Shown one piece after another: positions 28,365-38,220 of a DNA stretch of 39,281 nt (positions within the stretch are counted from its first letter, which is position 1; the number at the start of each line of letters is the position of its first letter). This DNA is from Puniceicoccales bacterium (GTDB lineage Bacteria; Verrucomicrobiota; Verrucomicrobiia; Opitutales; JAIRKQ01): contig JAIRXJ010000042.1 in assembly GCA_031268375.1 (NCBI GenBank), positions 1 through 39,281 of the forward strand, read 5' to 3'. The translations under genes were made by a program, and so were the position numbers. The notes under the pieces are model-generated. The model saw only the letters and a list, made by a program, of their open reading frames with translations. It did not search any database and had not been told where the DNA came from.

Positions 28365-29702
28365 GTGGAAAAAAATATGAATAGTGAGATAAGCCATGAG
28401 ATAATAAAACGCTTTGGGGTGTTGATAGAGAAAAAAGTCTGTGGGGAAGAACTGACCGATAATGAAATACGAGAGATAACAAATGCCATAATTACCCAAA
28501 AAATTCCCGACTTCCAGTTATCGGCTTTTTTGATGGCAGTGTACTTTCAAAGTATGAGTATCCAGGAAGCTTCGACATGGACGGAAGAGTTGATGCTGTC
28601 CGGCGATATCATCGACATTGGGATGATTTCGGGTCCCAAAGTTGATAGGTGCTCCACGGGAGGAGTGGGAGATAAGTCGGCTTTTGTATTGATGGCAATA
28701 GCTGCCTGTTGTGGAATAGCAGTTCCCACATTGGTCGATAGCTACGACGGGTTGGTCATTTCTGATTTAGACAAAATGTCATCAATCCCCGGGTTTGACC
28801 ATAAATTTGACACTAAAAAGTTTCAAAAACAACTTAAAAAAATGGGATGTTGCTACTATAAACAGCCGGAAAATATTGCACCCATAGATGTGACTCTCGA
28901 CAAGGTTAGGCGTTTAATTGGCACAATTTCCAGTGTTCCGCTTGTGACGGGAAGCATTTTAGGGAGCAAGTTGTCCTCCGGGGCAGATGGTGTCGTTGTC
29001 GACGTTAAGTGGGGCAACGGTTCCTTCGTGAAGGATATGGAACAAGCCAAACAGCTCGGTAGAATGATAACACGGGTCGCCCGAGCTTTGAATAAAAAGT
29101 GCATTGCGATTGTAACGGATGCCAATCAACCCCTTGGGAAAACGGTGGGGACTTGGCTGGAAATCAAAGAAACCATCGAGTTACTACAGGGACAAGGTGA
29201 TGCAGAAATGCAAGATTTAATCCTGCGAGTTGGTATGGAATTCATCAGATTAGCGGGAGTCGCAGGATCAACACTGTCAGCCAAACAGTTGATCATCAAA
29301 AAACTTTCCGATGGATCAGCTCTAAATAAATTTAAAGAATTGATAGCAGAACAAGGAGGAGATGTGTCATATATCGATAATCCGGAAAAGTATCCACAGG
29401 CTAAATATTCCCGTAAACTATCGGCGCAAAAACGGGGCTACATACATACGGTAAACGCTGGTATGATTGCACGAGGGGTAAGGATTTTGTCCAAAAAACC
29501 CGATGGAACGATAGACCACATGGTTGGAGTATCCGACATAATGAAAGTTGGCATGCAAATTAAACAGGGAGAACCGCTCATAATGATTCACTATAATGAT
29601 GAAACAAACCTTGAATCTGCACTGGAGTACTTTAGGGATGCGTATAGACTTGCTCCAAAAAGGCCGACATTAAACGAATTAATCGTGGAACGTATTGCAT
29701 AG
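28365..29702 (+). CDS. thymidine/pyrimidine-nucleoside phosphorylase homolog with degenerate active site
   Basis: Overall PyNP/DeoA architecture (IPDFQLSAFLMAVYF, STGGVGDK, DVKWGNGSF, QPLG..VG..LEIKE, EQGGD); start at GTG 28365 after AAGGAG or at ATG 28377. Confidence 0.85.
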   Translation: MEKNMNSEISHEIIKRFGVLIEKKVCGEELTDNEIREITNAIITQKIPDFQLSAFLMAVYFQSMSIQEASTWTEELMLSGDIIDIGMISGPKVDRCSTGGVGDKSAFVLMAIAACCGIAVPTLVDSYDGLVISDLDKMSSIPGFDHKFDTKKFQKQLKKMGCCYYKQPENIAPIDVTLDKVRRLIGTISSVPLVTGSILGSKLSSGADGVVVDVKWGNGSFVKDMEQAKQLGRMITRVARALNKKCIAIVTDANQPLGKTVGTWLEIKETIELLQGQGDAEMQDLILRVGMEFIRLAGVAGSTLSAKQLIIKKLSDGSALNKFKELIAEQGGDVSYIDNPEKYPQAKYSRKLSAQKRGYIHTVNAGMIARGVRILSKKPDGTIDHMVGVSDIMKVGMQIKQGEPLIMIHYNDETNLESALEYFRDAYRLAPKRPTLNELIVERIA

Positions 29703-29705
29703 CAT

Positions 29706-31313
29706 ATGAAAAACACATGGCTATTTCTTATAATCTCCCTGTGCATACTCACCGGATGTAAAAAAAAGGAAGTGAATGTTGTCCAGCAAGATTTGAGGAT
29801 ATCTTCCCCAAATGAATTGTTAAATGCGGATCCACAGCAGGTATACAGTAGCAGTGACCGTAAGATTATGCAGGCTGCTTTCGAAGGGTTAGTTGTGCCA
29901 GATCCTGAAACAATGAAACCGCTGCCTGGAATGGCAGAACGATGGAAGGTATCGCCTGACAAAAAAGTGTACGAGTTTTTCCTAAGGGACAATGCCACAT
30001 GGTCCGATGGAACTCCTGTTACGGCAGGAGATTTTGTCTATGCGGTCAAACGAGCACTATCGTCCAAGCTTGCCTGTGCGGCAGTGGATGTGTTTTTCCC
30101 CATCCTCAATGCCAAAGAATTTTTCAATAGGAAAATTCGAAATTTTTCCATGGTTGGAATACGTGCGATAAATTCTCGAACGTTGATAATTGAACTGGAG
30201 AAAAGCGACCCATATTTTCTAGTAACTCTGATGCACCCATGCTGGTTTCCGTTAAAAGATGAGGTTGTTGCGTCGTTAGAAGAGTATACCCGTTCTTTGG
30301 ACGACTTGTCCAGTGTTTTTAAATTAAAAATCATTTCCAATGGCCCATTCACTTTTGCGGAGAGGACTCCAGGGACAAGCTTGCTATTGAAAAAAAATCC
30401 TAAATATTGGGATGCCGACAATGTATTGCTGTCATCGGTAACGTTTTTTACAAACAACAATCAAACCCTAGCCATAAAAAATTTTTCAGAGAGGCGAGTA
30501 GATATCGTTGAGCTTCAACGGGATGGTGAAAATACAATCGAGGATTGTTTGCAAGACAAAGAATTTATGTTATCCCCGGCATTCGAATGTTTTGGCATTG
30601 CATTTAATGTTACGAACCCTGTTTTCCAAAATAAAAATATTAGGCTTGCTTTGGCTCTGGCTATTGACCGAGAAAAATTGTTAGCCAAAATGGGGAAAAA
30701 CAAAACGCTTGCAGCCTATAATTTTATCCCGCCCTATGATAAAAAGTACGATAATACACCTCTGTTCAAGCAAGATATTCCGCTAGCACGCAAGCTATTT
30801 GAAGAAGCGGGCTATAATTCTACGATAAAATTTCCACCCGTAAAAATATTGTGCAACGCCTTGGATGCCGGATCATATGCCATAGTCCTAGAACAGATTA
30901 AGGAAGATTGGAGAAATGTTCTAGGGGTAAATGTTTTCATAGATAATAGAGGTTTTGACTCCTTTTTCGCCCATAGAAAGAAAGTAAACTTCGATGTAAT
31001 CAAAGTTTCACTTGGAGGTTTGCATTGCAACCCTGCATTTACCATGCACATTTTTATGTCCAAAGATCCCCACAACTATGGCAAATGGGCAGACCCAGCC
31101 TACGATGAGATGCTAAGACGGATCGAGAAAACTACCAACAAGAAAAAACTGAGAAAGTTAGCAAAGGAGGTGGAGTTGTACCTAATCGATGAAATGCCTG
31201 CCATTCCGTTGTTTTTTAATTCCCACTCATTTTTGGTAAGAAAATCCCTGAAAGGATGGTTTCCCAACCCAATGAATATGCATCCACTTAAATTTGTTTA
31301 CTTTTTCCATTGA
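29706..31313 (+). CDS. oppA: peptide ABC transporter substrate-binding lipoprotein (family 5)
   Basis: Lipobox LTGC; FEGLV..DP, PGMAERW, WSDGTPVTAGDF, SNGPF, KNPKYWD, IRLALALAIDR. Confidence 0.9.
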   Translation: MKNTWLFLIISLCILTGCKKKEVNVVQQDLRISSPNELLNADPQQVYSSSDRKIMQAAFEGLVVPDPETMKPLPGMAERWKVSPDKKVYEFFLRDNATWSDGTPVTAGDFVYAVKRALSSKLACAAVDVFFPILNAKEFFNRKIRNFSMVGIRAINSRTLIIELEKSDPYFLVTLMHPCWFPLKDEVVASLEEYTRSLDDLSSVFKLKIISNGPFTFAERTPGTSLLLKKNPKYWDADNVLLSSVTFFTNNNQTLAIKNFSERRVDIVELQRDGENTIEDCLQDKEFMLSPAFECFGIAFNVTNPVFQNKNIRLALALAIDREKLLAKMGKNKTLAAYNFIPPYDKKYDNTPLFKQDIPLARKLFEEAGYNSTIKFPPVKILCNALDAGSYAIVLEQIKEDWRNVLGVNVFIDNRGFDSFFAHRKKVNFDVIKVSLGGLHCNPAFTMHIFMSKDPHNYGKWADPAYDEMLRRIEKTTNKKKLRKLAKEVELYLIDEMPAIPLFFNSHSFLVRKSLKGWFPNPMNMHPLKFVYFFH

Positions 31314-31805
31314 AATGTTCCTGGTCACGCCGTTGGTTTTTGTCATATATTCTGCCATTTTTGCCATAAAATAATCGTATCCCCATGGGTTATCCTGTAT
31401 GTCCAGTGAAAGTTCCGTAAAAGTATTCATAATCGGACAATTTGAAGAAGGCATAAAACAAATATTGTTATTCGGTTGTGCTTTTTTTGCAATTCGTTCA
31501 ACCAAAGAATCATCTTCGTACATTATTGTAAATAAACAGCCGCCGTTAATGGCAGCATCCATTTGCTTCAAGGAGTCTAGCATTGCGTCGATGGCAAAAT
31601 CTAGGTTGGTAAAATTTGGCAAATGCCACTTATAGACTTTGGCAAAGGAAAAGTTTCCTTCGCAGGGTGTTTTTTCATCCATCAATAAAAATATGGCATC
31701 AAATTGCCCCATAAGGTATATTTCATTGATGGCAAGGGTTGTATTTTGATCCATGGATCCATCAATATTCGGCAGTAAAATAGGCGAAATAACTAGAATG
31801 TTCAT
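31227..31805 (-). CDS. hypothetical protein
   Basis: Open frame filling the gap between oppA and the secretin; likely start MNILVISP at 31805; 3' end overlaps oppA. Confidence 0.6.
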   Translation of the reverse strand: MNILVISPILLPNIDGSMDQNTTLAINEIYLMGQFDAIFLLMDEKTPCEGNFSFAKVYKWHLPNFTNLDFAIDAMLDSLKQMDAAINGGCLFTIMYEDDSLVERIAKKAQPNNNICFMPSSNCPIMNTFTELSLDIQDNPWGYDYFMAKMAEYMTKTNGVTRNISMEKVNKFKWMHIHWVGKPSFQGFSYQK

Positions 31806-31909
31806 TGGTGGGATACCTAGGTTAAACGAACGATCAGACAAGAATTTTTTGGAAACAACAATTTGTTTTGCATATGTGGAAACTTTTCGTATCATTTTCT
31901 TCGATAGGA

Positions 31910-33895
31910 ATGGGGTCGAAGAAGGTTAGATTTTGTACGTTGATCTTGGCGGCTACTTTGTCGTTACCCGCCGAATCTTCCCTGAACAACATCGGAGAAT
32001 TGCAGCGAAAAATATTTGCCCAACCCACTCAATTTGATTCCGACGATCCAATGCCAGAAATAACGGCAGAAATAAAACTAACGGACGATGGAACATCCTC
32101 CATAGTCAGATCAACGAAAAGGAAGGCCAATGTTACATTTTTCAACAACGAAAATGCCCTTCGCCAAAACACTCGAAAAAAATTGTTAGAAGAAGTTGAG
32201 ACAAATTGGCAAACGTCTGCCCCAAAAGATCCGATTTTAGACGACCATTCAGCCACCGATTTATATGAGAATACGCTCTTTGAGAGGGCAAACAGAATTA
32301 CCATTCCCCGGGTAAGGTTCATAAACACCCCTCTGTCTCGGGTAATTGAATCCTTGGCCAACCTGGCGGAGGTTAATGATCCCACCACCGATGATAATGG
32401 AAAAGGAATGAATATAGTACTGCTTGGCATGGAGAGTGTGGAAAATGAACCGGTGGTGAATTTGAACTTGAAAAATATTTCTTTCTACCGTTTGGTTGAG
32501 TTGATTGCCCAATCGGTTTCCTATCAATTTGATATCACCAATGATGCGATCATTATTTATAAGCGTGACCTAACCGAGGGCGTATTGGATACGCAATTTT
32601 TTCCCATATCCCGCGCAACTCTGGTCCGACTAACGGGTATTCAAGGCATAAATCACCACATATATAATGCCCCGGGTTCCCCGGAAAATATCGCCGACGA
32701 AGAACATGCCATAAAAGAATTTTTTCAACGGGCAGGAATAAATTTCAAGGATGTTGCCGGTAGCAATTTAGCGTTCGATGGTTCCCAAATAATAGTCACC
32801 AATACGGGAAGGAATTTAAGAAAAATTAGCAACATACTTCGAAAATACTCCGAAGTTAAACAGGTTGAAATCGAGACGAAATTTCTGGAAGTCCAGCAGG
32901 GTGTGCTTGATGAATTGGGCTTTCGCTGGCAATTTGGAAGTAAGAACACTGCCAATAAAATATCTTTTCAGACCGGGAAAACCGTTGATAATTCACAGCG
33001 TGATAACCTACGCACGCTAGTAGAAACATTTGCATCTACAAATTTTTCAAGGGGGGATGGCAAAATAGTTGGATCCAATCCAGAAGCCAGCCCCATTACC
33101 CTGCCTAACCAACCACCTGGTCTTCCAGGGCAAATAAACCTGGGGGCATCGGCCATACCCCTGACGAATTTTACCGGCGTGTTAAATAGTCTACAGTGCA
33201 ACGTTATGGTCCAGGCATTGGAACAACATGCCGGGTCGGATCTTATGAGTGCTCCAAAACTGACGGTGCTTTCCGGAAAGACGGCCAAAATCGTCATAGC
33301 CATGGAATTACGCTATCCGCAAAGCTATGGGGACACGCATTCCGAAGTTGGTACGGGATATTCCGGGCTGGGCGCGTCGAGTTCCGCCGGAGTGACGATA
33401 ACGGCTGGCACACCGCAAAATTTTACCACCCGCAACGTTGGTGTGGAAATGAGTGTAACTCCCATCGTCGAAATGGACGGAAGCATCAGTTTGCAACTTG
33501 AACCAAAGGTCACCGAATTCGAAGGGTTCGTTGAATATGGTGGAGTAAATGTTGCCGTAACATCGGGCAATACGGTTACCATTCCATCCGGATTTTATCA
33601 GCCGATATTTTCAACGCGGGAAATCCACACGGAGGTTAATGTTTTCGACGGAGCAACCGTTGTCATGGGCGGTTTAACCCGCGAAGAAGTAAAAGAAGTA
33701 AACGACAAAGTCCCCATATTGGGAGACATTCCTCTGCTCGGCAGATTGTTTAGATCGAAAAGTGAAACCATCCAGAAACGAAACCTGTTGATTTTTGTCA
33801 CCGCCCACACCATCTCTCCTTTGGGAAACAAAAAATTACTGCCCAATGCGGAACAATCCTCGAGCCAAATAGTTCCAGCCCAAAGTTTAAAGTGA
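31910..33895 (+). CDS. secretin (GspD/PilQ-type outer-membrane channel)
   Basis: QVEIETKFLEV, DLMSAPKLTVLSGKTA, RNVGVEMSVTP, DGATVVMGGL, DKVPILGDIPLLGRLFRS, LLIFVTA. Confidence 0.92.
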   Translation: MGSKKVRFCTLILAATLSLPAESSLNNIGELQRKIFAQPTQFDSDDPMPEITAEIKLTDDGTSSIVRSTKRKANVTFFNNENALRQNTRKKLLEEVETNWQTSAPKDPILDDHSATDLYENTLFERANRITIPRVRFINTPLSRVIESLANLAEVNDPTTDDNGKGMNIVLLGMESVENEPVVNLNLKNISFYRLVELIAQSVSYQFDITNDAIIIYKRDLTEGVLDTQFFPISRATLVRLTGIQGINHHIYNAPGSPENIADEEHAIKEFFQRAGINFKDVAGSNLAFDGSQIIVTNTGRNLRKISNILRKYSEVKQVEIETKFLEVQQGVLDELGFRWQFGSKNTANKISFQTGKTVDNSQRDNLRTLVETFASTNFSRGDGKIVGSNPEASPITLPNQPPGLPGQINLGASAIPLTNFTGVLNSLQCNVMVQALEQHAGSDLMSAPKLTVLSGKTAKIVIAMELRYPQSYGDTHSEVGTGYSGLGASSSAGVTITAGTPQNFTTRNVGVEMSVTPIVEMDGSISLQLEPKVTEFEGFVEYGGVNVAVTSGNTVTIPSGFYQPIFSTREIHTEVNVFDGATVVMGGLTREEVKEVNDKVPILGDIPLLGRLFRSKSETIQKRNLLIFVTAHTISPLGNKKLLPNAEQSSSQIVPAQSLK

Positions 33896-34068
33896 TATTT
33901 TGCCGAATGGTACCATCGGAGGAATCCACCATCCCATTGATTTTTTACCTAAAAAGCAATGGCGGAGAAAAGCCTCCAAGTAGTTCGACATCGGTGCGTC
34001 CTAAGAGTTTTGCTCCAATAAAATATTAGGCTTGACTTGGGGTGGTAATTATGGAATTTAATGCATCC

Positions 34069-35589
34069 ATGCTATCCACGGTCCAGTCCTGTGCATTGCG
34101 AGGTATTGACGCCGTTAATATCGCCGTTGAGGTCAATTCCTGTGAACGAGGAGATTTAAAATTTATAATCGTTGGGTTGCCCGATGCGGCCATAAAGGAA
34201 TCCTGCGACAGGATATTTTCTGCGCTTGTTAACAGCGGTTATGCCATTCCCTACACCAGAACGACCGTAAACTTGGCACCCTCCTACATTAGAAAAGAAG
34301 GATCTTTCTATGACCTGCCCATTGCACTCGGAGTAATCCAGAGCACGGGTCAGTCCTACCTCCATAATTTAAGTGAGTTCATAGTCGCTGGAGAACTGGG
34401 GCTGTCTGGGAAAATTCGAGAAATCAAGGGCGGCCTCACCTTCGCCATAAAAGCAAAAAAGGAGAAGAAAAAATTGCTATTGCCCGTGGAGGCTGCCCAG
34501 GAAGCATCATTCGTCGACGGTGTGGAAATTTTCGCAGTGAGTAATCTAACCGAAGCGGTTAAATTTTTGACCGGCCAAATAAAATTAGATCCCTTGGAAC
34601 ACAGGAACTTTCTTAGCCTACTAAAAAATGGAGACTGCCTAGATTTTTCTGAAGTAAAAGGCCAAGAAAGTTTACGCAGGGCCGTAGAAATAGCCGTTGC
34701 TGGAGCCCATAATATTCTAATGATCGGACCTCCTGGCGCTGGAAAATCGATGATTGCTAAGCGTATCCCGAGCATAATGTCCATGCCCACCTTCGATGAA
34801 TTCTTGGAAACGATGAGTATTTATTCGGCGGCAGGATTACTCATGGCAGAAAAAAATGCCCATTTCGAACGGCCATTCCGGTCCCCTCACCACACGATTA
34901 GCAACGCAGGTTTACTGGGAGGAGGCAGCATTCCGTGTCCGGGAGAGATTTCACTGGCTCACAACGGGGTATTATTTCTGGATGAGCTTTCGGAATTTCG
35001 CCGCACAACCCTAGAGTCTTTGCGCCAACCGTTGGAAGATGGCAGTGTGACAATTTCCAGGAGTTCCGGAAAGGTCAAGTTTCCCTGCCGAACAATGATT
35101 GTTGGGGCAATGAATCCGTGCCCATGCGGATATTTGGGGGACAAAACGCGCAGGTGCAAATGCAGTCATTTGGACATTCAACGGTATAGGTCCCGCATCA
35201 GTGGACCGATGATGGATAGGTTCGACATACAGACGAACGTTCTTGCCGTTCCGATTGAAGATATTCAGTCAAAAAAATTTTCCGAATCATCCATGGACAT
35301 ACGGGTTCGCATAGAAAAAGCATCAAAAATTCAAACGGAACGCTTCAAATCTTCGCAAAATAGATGCAATGCCCATATGTCCCACGGTGAAGTGATGAAA
35401 TTTTGCAGAGTTGATGAGGAATCGTCAGATCTGTTGGCGACGGCCATGAAACAACTGGGCCTTTCTGCCAGGGCATACGATAAAATTTTAAAAGTTAGTC
35501 GTACCATTGCAGATTTGGAGTGTGAAGAAAAAATTTTATCACGCCACATCCTAGAATCCATCCAGTATCGCTCTCTGGATAGGTTATAA
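34069..35589 (+). CDS. comM: YifB/ComM family Mg-chelatase-like AAA+ ATPase
   Basis: [80 protein letters not shown]. Confidence 0.94.
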   Translation: MLSTVQSCALRGIDAVNIAVEVNSCERGDLKFIIVGLPDAAIKESCDRIFSALVNSGYAIPYTRTTVNLAPSYIRKEGSFYDLPIALGVIQSTGQSYLHNLSEFIVAGELGLSGKIREIKGGLTFAIKAKKEKKKLLLPVEAAQEASFVDGVEIFAVSNLTEAVKFLTGQIKLDPLEHRNFLSLLKNGDCLDFSEVKGQESLRRAVEIAVAGAHNILMIGPPGAGKSMIAKRIPSIMSMPTFDEFLETMSIYSAAGLLMAEKNAHFERPFRSPHHTISNAGLLGGGSIPCPGEISLAHNGVLFLDELSEFRRTTLESLRQPLEDGSVTISRSSGKVKFPCRTMIVGAMNPCPCGYLGDKTRRCKCSHLDIQRYRSRISGPMMDRFDIQTNVLAVPIEDIQSKKFSESSMDIRVRIEKASKIQTERFKSSQNRCNAHMSHGEVMKFCRVDEESSDLLATAMKQLGLSARAYDKILKVSRTIADLECEEKILSRHILESIQYRSLDRL

Positions 35590-35681
35590 ACTATAAAAAA
35601 AAGCTTAACAAGCTTTGCCTTTGCTTGCAATCTTTTAGGCAAACATTATCCAATCTTTTTCGAAGGAGTATAAAATTTCAA

Positions 35682-36545
35682 ATGAAAATAAAATACGATG
35701 TTTTGGTGGTATTCCTCTTAGTTGCTTTGGCCGCACTTTCAGGTTCTTTTCACGTTAATTATAGAAGGTTAAAAAATGAAATTTTCAAATTAAGAATAAG
35801 AAAAGAAATCGACAGGAGAAATTGTCAAAGGCCGATCATAAACTGTCCAAGATCGATAGCAAGGAAGCCAATATTAGTTTCCTACGCACAAGTTTTTGAA
35901 GATATAATTTTGTATGATGTCTTGGGTGACGTTGAGGATGGTTTTTATATCGACGTTGGGGCCAATCACCCTATCGAGGATTCTGTGACAAAGTTTTTCT
36001 ATGAGGAAGGATATCGTGGAATAAATATCGAACCTCTTTTGCATGAATATGATATGCTCAAACAGGATAGGCCACGTGATATCAATTTGTGCGTTTGTGC
36101 TGGAGCAGAAAACGGAGAGCTGGCACTCTACGAACGGGGTGGGCTTTCCACGCTAGATGTAAACATTGCCAACAAATGGGACATTGTTCCTTCGCCAAGA
36201 AAAGTTAAAATTATTCCACTCTCGTGGATTTGTAAAGAATATTGTCCAAAGGGCCAGGAGATTCAGTTTTGTAAAATAGACGTGGAAGGGTTTGAAAGAG
36301 AAGTTCTGCTGGGGTTTGATTTTCAAAACTTTAGACCAAAAATATTTCTCATAGAGGCTACGGAACCATGTACGATGATTCCAACTGAACAAAAATGGGA
36401 AGAAATTCTGCTGAACAACGGATATGAATTTGCCTATCAATACGGTGTAAATCGATATTATGTTGACAGTAGGTTCCCTGACCTAAAGGAAAAATTTGTC
36501 GGAATGGGAAAAATAATGGATAAGTACATCATCATGAAATGGTAA
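35682..36545 (+). CDS. FkbM family methyltransferase with N-terminal membrane anchor
   Basis: SYAQVFEDIIL, GFYIDVGANHP, GINIEP, KIDVEGFEREVL. Confidence 0.9.
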   Translation: MKIKYDVLVVFLLVALAALSGSFHVNYRRLKNEIFKLRIRKEIDRRNCQRPIINCPRSIARKPILVSYAQVFEDIILYDVLGDVEDGFYIDVGANHPIEDSVTKFFYEEGYRGINIEPLLHEYDMLKQDRPRDINLCVCAGAENGELALYERGGLSTLDVNIANKWDIVPSPRKVKIIPLSWICKEYCPKGQEIQFCKIDVEGFEREVLLGFDFQNFRPKIFLIEATEPCTMIPTEQKWEEILLNNGYEFAYQYGVNRYYVDSRFPDLKEKFVGMGKIMDKYIIMKW

Positions 36546-36666
36546 TTTTTGAGTTTGAAACTGCATGTTGTATCTTTTAACCCCGCTTAAATTATAACAA
36601 AAATTATTGGAAGCGAAACATATCGTAATTGACTATTAAATCTTTCCGATTACGGTTCCAAAAAGT

Positions 36667-37836
36667 ATGATTATTAAACCTAAAACACGTGGTTTTATAT
36701 CCCTAACGGCTCATCCCAAGGGGTGTGAAGAAAATGTAAGGCAACAAATTGCATTTGCAGAAAAACATAATATTCCCAATGCCCCAAAAAATGTTTTAGT
36801 CATTGGGGCTTCTACGGGCTATGGTTTGGCAAGCAGAATTACACTAGCCTTCAGCGGAGGAGCAAATACCATAGGGGTATCCTTTGAACGTCTATCCGAA
36901 AAGGACAAACCTGCCTCCGCCGGCCGGTATAATTCGGTCGCTTTCAAAAAATTTGCGGAACAGAGTGGTCTATTAGCAGAAAATATAAACGGCGATGCTT
37001 TTTCATCCGAGGTGAAAGAGCGGGTAATAGATTTAATAAGGCAAAAATTTGGACAGATAGACTGTGTGGTGTACAGCCTAGCATCCCCCAAGAGAACAGA
37101 TCCCTTTACCGGTGAGGTTTTTAAATCGGCCCTTAAGCCCATAGGAAAACCTTTTACGGGGAAAACCATCAACGTGGATAAGGAAGAAGTCTACGAAGTA
37201 ACCATCGAGCCGGCTACGGCAGAGGAAGTACGGGCAACGGAAAAAGTAATGGGAGGCGAAGATTGGGAATTGTGGATACAGGCCCTGCACAATGAAAAGT
37301 TGTTAGCAAATGGTGTCAAAACCATCGCCTATTCATACATTGGCCCTGAAATCACCTGGCCAATCTATACAAATGGAACCATAGGAGCTGCCAAGGATGA
37401 TTTAATGCGGGCAATGGAAGCGATAAAATTTTTGTTGGCTGATATCGGAGGACAAGCAATCATTTCCGTAAATAAAGCTGTAGTAACCCAGGCTAGCGCT
37501 GCTATACCAGTGGTTCCACTGTACATTTCAATCCTCTTCAAAATTATGAAAGAAAAGGAGATCCACGAAGGATGCATAGAGCAAATGACTAGACTGTTTA
37601 GCGAAAGATTATATGGGCTCCATGCCGGAAAATCCTTGGATGAACAAGGTCGCATTCGATTGGATGACTTCGAACTAAACCGGGATGTTCAAGATGCCAT
37701 CGCCAAAATTTGGCCGAAAATTTCTACGGAAAATTTGAAAGAGTTTTCAGACATAGATGGGTATAAACAAGAATTTTTAAAGCTTTTTGGTTTTGGATTA
37801 GCTTCCATCGACTACGATGAAGATGTCGAAATTTAA
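36667..37836 (+). CDS. fabV: enoyl-ACP reductase FabV / trans-2-enoyl-CoA reductase
   Basis: HPKGC, VLVIGASTGYGLASRI, YSLASP, VMGGEDW, YSYIGP, IYTNGTIGAAK, HEGCIEQ. Confidence 0.95.
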   Translation: MIIKPKTRGFISLTAHPKGCEENVRQQIAFAEKHNIPNAPKNVLVIGASTGYGLASRITLAFSGGANTIGVSFERLSEKDKPASAGRYNSVAFKKFAEQSGLLAENINGDAFSSEVKERVIDLIRQKFGQIDCVVYSLASPKRTDPFTGEVFKSALKPIGKPFTGKTINVDKEEVYEVTIEPATAEEVRATEKVMGGEDWELWIQALHNEKLLANGVKTIAYSYIGPEITWPIYTNGTIGAAKDDLMRAMEAIKFLLADIGGQAIISVNKAVVTQASAAIPVVPLYISILFKIMKEKEIHEGCIEQMTRLFSERLYGLHAGKSLDEQGRIRLDDFELNRDVQDAIAKIWPKISTENLKEFSDIDGYKQEFLKLFGFGLASIDYDEDVEI

Positions 37837-37858
37837 TTAAATCTTTTCGGAAAAAATG

Positions 37859-37887
37859 TTGACAATGGTTTGTTGAAAAATTATGCT
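37859..37887 (+). promoter_or_regulatory. near-consensus sigma70 promoter for the needle/chaperone pair
   Basis: TTGACA-N17-TATGCT, then AAGGAAAGGA RBS before ATG 37915. Confidence 0.65.
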
Positions 37888-37914
37888 TTCAATACTTTAA
37901 GGAAAGGAAATGAT

Positions 37915-38193
37915 ATGACATATACAGGTGGCCCTATAGTAAGCCCTAGTAGAGACGCAACAACGGTGACCCTCAGTAGAATTTATAATCTTTTAGCCAG
38001 TTGCATTGCGACATATGAAACGGCGTTAAATTGTGCTATTACTAAGTTGGAAAGCGAGGATGATATTGGTCAGGAGCAGATGCTTGCACTACAGGCTAAG
38101 ATTCAAGCATGGGGAAATTTAACTAGTACGTGCACTGGTCTGTTGCGTGCCGTGGGAGATGCTATAAAAACAACGTCGCAAAATGTCCGATAA
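37915..38193 (+). CDS. sctF: type III secretion needle subunit (SctF/YscF/CdsF-like)
   Basis: 92-aa predicted helical hairpin; C-terminal MLALQAKIQAWGNLTSTCTGLLRAVGDAIKTTSQNVR resembles the YscF-type C-terminal helix (LQ..I..W.......R...D...) as I recall it. Confidence 0.7.
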   Translation: MTYTGGPIVSPSRDATTVTLSRIYNLLASCIATYETALNCAITKLESEDDIGQEQMLALQAKIQAWGNLTSTCTGLLRAVGDAIKTTSQNVR

Positions 38194-38220
38194 ATTGATT
38201 TTTCTGGATTGGTAATGTAG

